Assembly: GCA_046563655.1 (NCBI GenBank)
Contig: CM102290.1
Location: 7,316,001-7,380,000 of the forward strand
Length of the DNA stretch: 64,000 bases
Reading direction: 5' to 3'
Source of the DNA: Yuukianura sp. NJ FZ-2021
Lineage: Eukaryota
Notes under the pieces: generated by a model
Database searches by the model: none
Told to the model about the DNA's origin: nothing
What the model saw: only the letters and a program-made list of their open reading frames with translations
Program-made: the position numbers and the translations under genes
Shown: positions 14,001-26,000 of the stretch, piece by piece
How positions within the stretch are numbered: the stretch's first letter is position 1
Layout: every line of letters begins with the position of its first letter

Positions 14001-17000
14001 TTGTTCCTGAAACACAACAGGACAAAAACGTAAAAGAATTTGAAAAACGAAAGAAAAGAAAGGGGCATGTGTACCATAGTATTGTTATATGTCTTGTTTG
14101 TTACAAGTAGCTGCGCTACAATGTAGTTTATATATACATGGATGTATTATGTAGAAATTGCACAAGGAAAACCTTCAGCTGAATCCTTAGTTAGAAAAGG
14201 CAGAAAAGAATTTCAATTTTCAAGCCGATGAAAGAACCTGCTCAAGTCAGTCATAGGACAGGGAATGCTTAGCTTATATGCATGAATAGGCAGACAGGGC
14301 TGAGGACTTGAGCGGAGACAGGCAGCAGCATCTCTGAAATCCCATATTACGTGGTTCCGGTTTTTATTTTTTATTATCTTTTTCGGAGGAAAAGGGACCA
14401 AAACCTAACTCAAAATCCCCTCAAAAGATGTGGTAAGATATTGGTGCGGTTGTTTAGCACAAGGGAACGAGAACCTAACTTCATATTAGTAGGCAACCTA
14501 TTCTTCTCAATTTTCTGACATTTGCACTTGACAAGGTCCCTTGTAGTAGTCGATGAATAAGAAAGTTACAAGGGAAAAAATCTATTCTACTCGACTTCTT
14601 ATTTTTGGTTCGCAGAAACCGTTACCACTTCCCTTTATTTACGGAATTGGAAGGAATTATACATTTCGAGGGAACCTTTCACCCTGGCCTCGTTCTTATT
14701 CTCTCAAAAGTTAGAAAGTTTTATGCTCATCCAACCTTAAGTTCAAAGAAACCCTGTCTAATAAATAGAGATTGAATAACTGAAAAGAGCGACTTCGAGT
14801 CTTATGAGAACCATGCTCTTAATAAAAAATATCACCTGACGACGAATACGAGCGCAATGATGCTTAAATTTTTTTTTTTGCGAATCAGATCAAGAGCAGA
14901 AGAGAGACTTCAAAAAATCTTGGAATCAGAAGCAGATGTTGAGAGAAATTCAAAAGTGACTATGATTTGTTGCACAATTTACACTACGCACTACCCTCTG
15001 CCTCTGATCCGCCAATAACCACGTCTTTCAAAATTCCTGCTGACTTTCACTTTTTTGAAATCTCCGTTTTCACCTTGAAACCTTTCACCTTTTCCGAGAA
15101 TTAGGAAAAACGTATACACTTAAATCACATCTCTTTTCTACGTATAAATATCAAAACCTAACTTAAAAGGAAACTGTAACATGAGAAAGAAGTACATAAT
15201 CTTTGAAACAGTTTATGTTCAATTTTCACTTTCAGGTCCCTCTTAAGGCGAAATTCGCGAGAATGAGTTTTTGAAATGACGCGTCTCTTCAGTCGAAACT
15301 TTTTCGTTTTCCATCTTTTCGTCAAAGAAGAGTTTACAGTTCCACCGGTTGTTTCTGACATTTTAACTACGAAAAGTTAAAGAGGTTTACTCTTCCAATG
15401 GGTCATTTTCCTAGAACCTATACAGAAACGGCCTCATAAGAAAATCGACACTGCATGGACTCCAGAGAGTCAAAGTCTATTCTCGACGGGAGATGAAGAC
15501 TTTCTCTTGATTTCAATACTTTGAGCCTCTCTTTAGTGGAATTGACAGGAGAGAAGGTGGGGCTAACAGAAAAGGAAAAGAAAACATCCCCCACCCATGG
15601 TTCTCGCATAATCAACTTCCCTCAAACTGTTGCTCTTTTCCAACGACAGTTTTTGATTGTGAAAGTCAAAAGAGCTTTTGCTGCCTTGAGTCTGATTAAA
15701 ATAGAGCCATACACACCAGGTGAACTCCAAAACAGCATCATCAGAAGGCTTGTCAAACGGGAAAAGTTGTCAACAGTCTTAAATTTCAGTCAAAGTTCTG
15801 TTCATGAAAATGATCAAGGGTACTCAGTTTGTCTCTCATCGAGTGGAATACGATGCTTTGAGTCCAGTGAAATCATAACAAAGGAACAACCAAAATAAAA
15901 GTCCAGCTTTGTCTGTGGGAAAACCGAGGTGATGAAAGTGAAATGCCGAATCCCCATAGAGGTTTCTGCTTTGCTCCAAAAGAAAGAAAGAGTCAAAGGG
16001 AGATTCTCGTAGAAAACCAGGATAGTCATTAGGGAATTTGTTCCAAAGGGTCTGTATGTTTCTATGGAAACAAGGATAAGGGCCTGCCCATATATATACA
16101 AACAGGCAAAATCCAGTAGTACTAAAATAATTATGAGACTCAAGGGTCAAGGGACGTCCGGGAGAATAAACACACAATGGCTGGAAGTTGCATTTGTGGT
16201 AAGATTGATACTTCCTCGCGCCAAATAGAATAACATGGAGATGATTATAATACCGTCTCCATTTTTCCTCTTTTCTGTAAAAATTTTTTGGAGAAGAAAA
16301 AAAAACCTCTGTAAGGTTCCCGAAATTCGGGAAGTTGATATTATATTCAAGTTCTCCTATTCCGATTAGCTTGCTCCTGACATCTCATTTTCAATCCACG
16401 CTTGATCTTTTTTCTAGATACTGACTTTCTCGTAGCGAGCTAAGGAAAAAGTCTAGGGAAGAAAACCAATGTCATTTCTTCTTTAGAAGAAGGCTAAAGT
16501 TGATACGTAGAAAGGAGAAATTAGATATCGTAGCCTCTTCAGCTATTTTCCACAAGACTTTGCAGTAGTCTTCCGCTGCCGCCGCGCTTTAAGTCCTTCC
16601 TCATTTCTCCCTCCTTCCTGACACAAATAGAGTACAGCATGACTCAAATTCAGTTACATTTCCCCTTCATTTCCTATGATGCAAAGCACCTGTATTCAAT
16701 AAGCACACCTTCCGCCTAACCTTGTCCAAACTTGATGGGACACGCTGTACTAAATGAAACTAATCTCCGCCAAATTTCTCTTTCCTAATTCCCTTCGCCG
16801 AATGTCAAAGTTTCTCGACTTTCTCAGGCAACTCAAATGCAAGTTTAGTTCGGAAAATCAAAAAAATAGTATGAGCATTTCGAGCTACGTATTTGGAAAT
16901 AACTAGCAAAAATATGAAATCTATAAGTTCCAAAATATTGATTTGGAGTGAAATTGAAACAGTATCTCACACATTTATAACTCTCAAAATCTACGGGTTT

Positions 17001-20000
17001 CTGTCCGTAATGAGTCTGTCAATAGCTGATTGAAAGATGTACTTTCTTACTGGGATAACTGAAGTCACCGATTCTCAGTGTCCTAAACGATTAATAAAAT
17101 CTTAGGAAGAGCAAGCAAGGTCAATTGATTTGTGTTATTTTATTTTCACAATTCTTACTCAAAAATATCAAAGTCAGAGTCCCGCTCCTGTCCCTCCTAC
17201 TTCCAGAGAGCGTCTCTTTTCTTTTTCATATTATTTTTACGACAAAGGAGCATCCACACAAACCATACGCCAACGGCCAAATTAATAAAAAAAATAGCCA
17301 AAATGACAATGAAAATCTCTTATTTACATTTTTGTATGGGAAATCACAATCTTAACGGAAAGTGCAATTAAACCGCTTAGGATTTCCAAAACTGATGCGG
17401 TGGAATTTAATACAAAAAAAAACTTACAATCTTTCGAATTACAGGAAAAATAATTTTCACAAGTCTTGTTGAAGAAAATGAAGGAAGTGAAATTTTTTTT
17501 TATAAAAAAAATATTTCAAATAATGGGTACACAGATTCAACCTCATAAAACTCAAGGTAACTAAACATAAATACCGCTCGTGAGACTACCTTAGAAAGCT
17601 CGTGTGTATTTATGTTTAGTTACCTTGATAAAACTGAAATGAAATAAACTGGCAACAATTCTGACTAAAAATTCTTTTTCCTTACCGACGTCGAAATATC
17701 AAAATATCGCAAACTACAAAAACATTGCATTTAGGAGTAATATTTTAGTCTTCATGAAAACAAAGCCCATATTAGGGCTTTAAAATAAAATCTCACAAAA
17801 AAACCAAAAAGAAAACAATACACATAGTATTCTCGCCCTTTTTAAAGCCAGGAAAAACTTAAGTTCTAATAACTAAAGCATTCAAAAACAGTAGAAAAAA
17901 TTTGAATGGAGTACTACAGGGGTATGGGATATATATTACAGAAGTATCCAAACATAAGCATTGGTACTAGGCAGGAGAAAGAAAGTATGAGGTAAGGCAG
18001 GACTCACAAATGGTAAGAGAAAGGAGGATTGTGATTTTGGAAATATGAGAAGAATATGACATGGAATTTTGGCGGTTGATTTATTTATTCTGGAAAGGAT
18101 CGAAGAGGAATGAAAGGAGAAAGTCTAATGGGTGGGTTGGGGTTTGGGAAGGTGCAGTAGTATGGCCTACACAAAGTGTTCACAAAAGTGCTAAGCTTTT
18201 GTGTACATAAAACTAGTCACACTGTTTGGAAAATATTTCCAGCACAGGGGAATGAAAGCAGCAGAGAGAGAAAGGATTTTGAGTAGAGAGAAAGCATAGA
18301 AAGTTTTTATTTGAAGTGCCTCTTCCCATGTCCCATCCTCTTCATCACCCATCAGATACGGATTATTTATGCACGGGAAAAAATGTGCTCAAAAAGAATT
18401 AGGCCAAGTGTAGAGACAAACATAACGCTTTGAAATGAGTAGGGCAATTTTTTAGAAAGTGTCAAAACAAAAAATGAATTTCAAAAAATATGTTCCTTTT
18501 ATCTGCTTATTGAAAAAGAATTTGAGGTTCACGAACCAAATTTATTTTGCTAACACGAAAAACATTCTTGAAACGTAAAGGTAAATCTAATATGATTGTT
18601 GGGACTTGAGTACAAGAGCCGTCGGTGAAAGAGGTCGTTAAATCCGTGAAACAATCAGAACTTTCAAATCAAATCTTGTATTCACTTTCGCTTTCTGATT
18701 CTAAATCTTAAAGGAGCCTCAATCTCGTGTCCCTAAGCTTCAATTCCAACAAACCCCAAGAAATCATTCGACACAAACATTCAATCTCTTTGAGAGGGGA
18801 TGCTCCGTGTTGTGAAAAGGCAACTTCACAGGCGGTAGTCTCATCTGAATTGTAAATACGATTTACTTGGAGAAAGAGGGCCTCCTCGATTTGGTGTTGT
18901 TTCAAATTTAGAATGAAAAGGCAAGACCTTAAACTTTCTTTTCCCTGTTTGACATTAGAAGTCTACGCCTGAAAATAAAGACAAACTTTATACTTGAGCT
19001 CTTTTCGACCAGGATCTTTTCTACAGACAACTTTTTTTAAAAACTGTCAAATCCAAAATGCTACTCTAACGTTTTCTAGTCAAAGTTAAGTTAAAACCTG
19101 AAAATAAAATGAACAAAAGTAACTTATATTTATTTGAGCAATCGCCCGTATTTACAATTCAACTTTACTCCGCGTGACAATTAAAATTAAGAACTTGTAA
19201 TATGAGATTTTTTTTTAAAGGCACGGCATATGAAAAGATAAATATAGTTTTCCATTGTTTGCTCCCGCTCTCTATTATACTCTTTCTCAGGTAAATTGAA
19301 TTTAAATCTGATCTCTCTCCGTTCTCTTCTTCCGGATACCGAATTTACGGAATTGAATTTTTGAAGCAAGGAGACAGGAAAAAGGTAAAGTATTATTATT
19401 ATCCTCGAGTCATGAAGGAAGTAACTATTATATGGAAAAGTTTTAATTTATTTGTCTATGCATAGTTTATCCTCGTGAGGTTGGAGTCAGTTTAGAACGC
19501 TACTTGCCATCAGAACCATATAGTAGTTCGCGAACAGCCTTTACCGTAGCGAGTGAAAGAGATCCTAAACTTTGTGTTGCCCCTGGAAAAAGTGCTGCCA
19601 GTCAGTCCCAAACAAACAACCAACTAACTTTGTTTCGAATTTGTTAGAGATTTGTTTCATATTCAGATTCCCTCAAAGTTTAGCATAGACAGCGAGTACA
19701 GCAGAGCAGAGAGTATAATATAATTATGAGATCATTTTAATTATCCTTCTGCTAGAATCCATTTCTCAACAGATGAAAATTTAGGAAGCTTGAGGCAAAG
19801 GTTGGGCTAACTGGACAAAGTCTTGTGCCTCCGATGAGTTTCAATTCTCTGAATTCACCACAAACCCTTTGATATTTTACATTTTCAGTCTCGCATCTCA
19901 TTTCACTTTCTGTTCTATTCACATTTCACAGTCAGCCATGCCCGTACTACTACTGTATGTTCCAGATCCTATTCACAAAGCATGAAATGGATACTACATA

Positions 20001-23000
20001 ACTATCTTAGGAATCAAAGCTGCAAAGGGAATTTGACAAATAATAGAGCAAGTGAAACATGTCACGATGGAGTCATACACAATGGAGCATGAAACTCTCA
20101 CCTTCAGGAATGTTGAATTTAAGAGGGAAACGAGCCTTAATTAAAAATTATGGCGACGAACCCTACGAAATCCATTCAGTTTCTCGAGGGCTCAATTTCT
20201 CAAATTTGTGTCCAAAATGTCCCTAGTTAGGTTAAAGTAGTTTCTTAGGGATTCATTTGAAGATTCATTCAAGCGGATAAATCAATAGAGGAAATTCAGG
20301 GAAACCAAATTAATTGTTAGCCTCTCATGCATTGCCTCTTGTACAGGTTAGGTAGTACTTCTGTACAAAGCCACAATGTAGCAAAATGACCTTTTGTAAA
20401 TGGACTTCTGCTTTGCCCTTTGATCTTCTGCTGTAGCACAGAAGCGGAAATCTTCAAAAAGTTAGAGTAACTTCACCTGCGGTTATTACCTAACATCTCT
20501 ACCTCCATCGCTTTCCACTTGTTGATACAAAATACAAAGGGAAAGGCCTACCTTAGTGCCAAAGTGCGGATGCGAACATTTCTTCGCCAAGCGAGTGTAG
20601 GGCTGCCCCAGACACTAAAAGTTACAATTTTTGTCGTGTGAACCGGCAGGGGCACTTTTGTCTTTTCTCTTTTTTAAGAACAAGCGGGAGACCAACCACT
20701 TTGTTGTCTAAACGAAAGCGTTGAGGTTTTTGGGCTACGACCGATGGTTCTTTGGAGAGGACTCCTTGTCCGTTTGATCTTTGTGAAAAGACTAGGGTAG
20801 GGGAAAGCAGTGGAGAAAGTTTGCCGTCTATGAAAAAGGCCTAAGATTGTGTGAGTGAGCGCACAGCAGAGATACCCGGGGCAGTTTCTTAGCTTCAGTT
20901 TGGTTAGAGTCAGTCGGTTCTTTCTCCCACACCAAATAGCCACAAGCAGAAACCTAATAGAAGTCCCTTTGCCAAAAATTGAAAGAGAAGCTAAAATAAG
21001 AGAGTGACTTGGGAGATGGGAGATAATGAAGGAGAAAAGGGCCGTTTCTAAGGGCTCAAATATTCCAATCTCCTTGGAAAATGACTAGCCTTCACTCATA
21101 GTCACTGACTCTGACACTTCCTCAAGATGGGCATGATAAAGGTAGACTTCCACTTCCTGTTCTATTCTCCTCCATTGAGTCTGAGACGGTCTTTACACGG
21201 GTGAAAGGCGGGGAAATTGGAAATTGAAACTGGAGACTACGGTAGAGGCAAAACCTTTTATCTCGGGCACAAGAGACCAAGACTTCTAAATAGAAATTTC
21301 ATCACTCCTCCAATCACCTTCTAAAGTAACCGGAACAGGAAGTATTGACTCAAAAACTTTGGATTTGGATCTCATGCAATGATACCTTTAATCTTTATGC
21401 TACCATAACTTATTCTAGAATCATGAAAAAACGAATCGTCCACAACTCAAACTGTTTAATCTGAGATGTTATGAAAACAAACTGTAGTTTTCGTTCAATA
21501 GGAATAAGGTAGAATGAGGGCACACCGTCTATCCATGATTGAAAGTAAGTTTTTTGAGTGGATGAGAAAACATAAGAGATTCTATTTGTTTCGAAAATAA
21601 AATTGAAGAACATAGCATACACTTGCTTTTGTAAGAACTAAGGGTAGGGCCTTAGATTAAAAAGAGTAATAATGTTTACAGTTTGTTTCATGAGAACATA
21701 TAAAAGGAAAAAAGTTTGTAAAAATACTTTTTTCTCCACCTGATTATCCTTCAAATTTTCTCCTCCATCAGAAATCAATCTAATTTCGAAAGTCTCTATC
21801 GCTCTCCAAAAACTTCAAAACTCAACTTTCTCAATTACATTCTAATTTCGTTGAAAATGTTCCTCAAAAATTGCTCAACTTCGCTCTGATAATCTGATCT
21901 TCCATGAACAAGAACTAGAGGTGAATCCAGTCAAATCCGAAAAATTAAAAACTAGGATGAACCATGTTAAAGTGAAGAGAGATGAAAAGGGGACAGAAGT
22001 TCTGAGTCCCAGAAACAAAGTTTTTGACTGGGAGTCAGAACAAAGCATTAGTGAAATTAAGTGTTGCTCAACTTTCTCCTTTCGTTCCCAATTTCTTAAT
22101 TTTCTCTTCTCCAACTTTAAGAAACAATAGAATCCGTTCCTTTCTTTTTGTGTAGATGACTTATTTCTACAGTGGTTCAATTATCCAAATCGTTTTGAAG
22201 CTTTGAAACTCGTTTAACTTTAACTCGGAAACTCGTCTTTTTTCTCAAAGATTGCGTAAAACGCTTGACAATCCATTAAGGATTTGACATTTCGCAAACA
22301 GTTTCGCTTTTGGAGTTTTAGAAAACCGACAGGCGTTGGTGGAGAGAAGATTTTGAAAGATGGTAAAATTGTTCTACGAAAGCATTCCCCTTCCTTTTCA
22401 ATTGGACTTTGACACGATGACTGGTAGTGGAGTGACAAAATACAGTTTTGTGTAACCTACAAACAAACTCACAACGGAACAAGTAAATACTGACTGCTTT
22501 TCCACCAAGCAAGTCATGCTAACAAATCTCAACGGGCCAAAGAGCTGTAAGCCTATTCCTTCCTTGTCTCCGTCATGCCACTTTGTACTTTTCCTTAGGT
22601 TTTTTGGCATTGTGGAAATTTGAAAATTTACTTTCACCACTTTAGAACCCGTCATCGTTGGAAGAAAGCTTTGGCAGATGTTGTTGCCTCGGAAAGGCGT
22701 AAAGCGGATGAAGGGGACATAGGCACATTGACATGGTCGTTGTTGGTGATATGCAAATACAAAGTTTAAAGTTACAAAATGAGATCAGGGCTTCAGATGC
22801 TGCAAGGACTATGGGTTCCCTTCCTTTCCATCCAAAGCGGCTCCATTCCTCATACTTTTCTTCTGATCTCATTTTTCTCATTTCCTTTTTGTATTAAAAC
22901 CAACATAACACTCGGAGAAAGTAAATGGAATTGGAAGGCAATTTCAACCGTTTGCTAAACACTCAACCACTTTTTAAAAAAGGAAGTGGCAGTAGAGAAT

Positions 23001-26000
23001 ACAGAAAGGAAATATAATTTTCTTCTTCAGAAGAAATTTGAAATCGGATTCCTTCCAGTAAAAATATAATATACAAAGAATAAAAAAAATAGTTGTGTTG
23101 GAAAACATTTGATTTTTGAAAATAACTTTTTAATAAAAGAAAAAACTCAATTCGCCTTTAGCAATAGAAAAACCAAATATAAAAAAGTTTCACGTCACTT
23201 CTACCGATGAAATTCTGAATTTGAAGCAACCTTTGACATTGACTTCTACAAAATCTACAAACACAGTTTCCAACAGTAAAATTATGAAACTTAGAATTCA
23301 AACGTCGGGAGCCGCTTTTAAAAAACTGGTTTGTTTCTGACAACAGGCATTTGCGACCTAGTCTATGTCGAACCAGAAGTTTTCCAAAAAAAAAAGTTAC
23401 TTCTGCTCAGCTATTTGTCCAGCTGAAAGTGAAAGTTGCCTTAGGAAATCATTGCTAGTGAGCGAGAGGCAACATCGAAAGCTCTCATGAACATGAGAAA
23501 CAAAAGTATAAATGAGGGATTTGTGAGCGTGAAAACTGATCCTATATTTACTCGTCGTCCCTCTTAAACATATCCTTGACTGAGTTGAGCTTCCATAGTT
23601 TTTGAATAGGACGTGTACTGACAATAGGAAATTTTACTTTCACTCCAGGGCACGACAAATTAGAAATTAACTTAAATCCAACGCACAACTTTCCAGTAAC
23701 ACCCGGGAGTTTGAAATAATTGTAAAGTTTTTGCAAAAAAAAGAGAGAAAGAGAAAACTACTTTTCACTCCTGAAAATGACAAGAGCGACAGAGCAGATT
23801 CAGGAAATCAATGAAGAGACGGCGACAGTGAATGGGCCTAGCGAGAATCCTGCATAGCAGGAACGCGTAATTAAAATTGGGCCTTACGATGAAAACACAT
23901 TGGGACACACTTTCTCCTTGCTCGCACCAGATTCAAATCACTTCGTTAAGCCTCTCTTGTTCCATTCCTCTATTTGAGAGTTCTGTAGGAATTTTTGTCA
24001 TTAAAAATTGAAAAATCCGGACTATAGATTTCCTTTGCATCAATAGATTGATACTCTGCACGCCCATTTTGAAAAAAAAAGTTCTCCTACAACCAAAACA
24101 CTTCCAGTCTGCCAACTTTCCTCAACAAATTTCCAATTTAAAAAAAAACTCATTTTGGAATTTGAGAAATTCCCTTGCTGTTCATCAGAATCGTTTAACT
24201 AAAGTTTAATTTTAAAGGTGTTTACCTCTCTTCAGCGTTAGCTGAAACTAAATTTGAAGTGAAGTCGTCAACGGTTGCTCTAAGCAAAGTTTCTCTTAGA
24301 GAACAAAAACAAGTTGGCCTGATAAAATAATCCATAAAAGTTGAGCCTCAGAAACTCTGCGGAAGGTGGGATTTAAGAGCTGTCTTCCATGAACGTCTTT
24401 TCTCCTTTCACAGTCAGAATTTTTAGTTAAGTTGAAAGATCTTTCAGAAAGTGCTTTGGTAAGCAGATTCAAAGCCTTCTCCAGCAGAGAAATTGAAATG
24501 AGGAATATTGGCATCTCATCGACATCATGATCCAGCGTTAAGACTTCCATTCCATTCACTACATGTTCATTCTTCCCTCTTACCAACCTAAAATGATGGC
24601 AGCCGAGTCAGAGAGTCCGAAATGTCAAGTACAATTCCCGTGAGAGCAGTTCCTAACATGGCTAAGAGGAACCAGGAACCGAAAGTCTTCATTCCTACTC
24701 CAACCTTAAAGTTTCCACGTAGTATTGCATTCAGTTGTGAAGCATTTGGGAGCTTCCTGCCGAAAAGATCAAGGTTGAGTCACCCTGGTCAGGCAAAAAT
24801 TGGAATAAATCCTTCTTCTTTTATTCGATCATACAGAGGGAAATCGAATTTCAGTTTGAGCAAGAGTTCTTCAAGAGGACACGATTCGATTTTTAATTTA
24901 GGTCTTATGAGTAGTGAAGCAAGAGATTGTGAAAACCATGGTCAGACAAGTCTCAATCCAAATGAAAAAAGAATGACCACTTTTTCATTTTGTTTAGTCG
25001 AAAAAATCTGCACCAGCGTCCAATTACTAGTAAACCCGCAAATCGGGTTGCTTACAAAAATCAACCACCAATCTTATTACAATCCAATTACATAGTACTC
25101 ATAAAAGTTGATTAAGCAAGATTTGTTATGTTTTGAATTTGTTGACATCAAAGTCTCAAATAACCAATACGAAACACAACACAATTTTCAACCATTTTGA
25201 AAAAAGAGAAACGATAAAAAATTGCTCGGAGATGCTGATATTCCTAAAGGGACGCAGTAAAGTTCATTCCCTTTTTATTTATTTTTTATTTTGTAAAACA
25301 AGAACGCTTACTTTTTCTAACCTACCCGAGGCACTATGATCTTCCAAAAACAAAAATTGAAGAGGAAGTGAAGAAAGGCATCTTTTGTCAAAGCTTTTTC
25401 CTTTAGAGTCGCCATAACTTTTCAATTTGGCGCCTAGGTCTACACACTACTCACCCAACTCCTATTCTGCCGTTCGTAGTTTTTCCATACCTTTTCAACA
25501 ACAACAACTCTACTTCAGTTCATAAAGGAACTTGCAAAAGGGCTTTCTCTATCTTTATAGTCAACTCATAAATAAAAATCAAGTGCTCGGATTTTCCACT
25601 TGAACCGCTTTCACATCAACTTAAACAAGCATTTAATTTCGGCTATTCCACAAAGAATCTGCTCCAGAAAGTTGTAAGGCTAAAACAACATGCGAGAGAA
25701 CACAAAACATAAACAAAAAATTGGACCAGAAGAAAAATAATTTTTAATTTGTAAACTATCCAATTACGTCGCAGGAAGGTCAAACTCAGACTGAAAAAAT
25801 AGAACCGTAATAGAAACTACAAAAGGAGCATTTCATAAATATCCAAATCAACGTCAATTCCTGAAATATCGCTGACATTTCCGAATTCAGCTTCTCGAAA
25901 TTCCCTGTGACCTTTAAATTATAAGTTGTTCTAAATTAACCTTACTCAAAACATCCTTTCACTAGCTTATATTGCCTTACTATCTAGCATAGTCCAAATT

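Noticed and set aside
24622..25095. 157-aa plus-strand ORF
   Set aside because: No recognisable motif. It is the shadow frame of the more protein-like minus-strand remnant.
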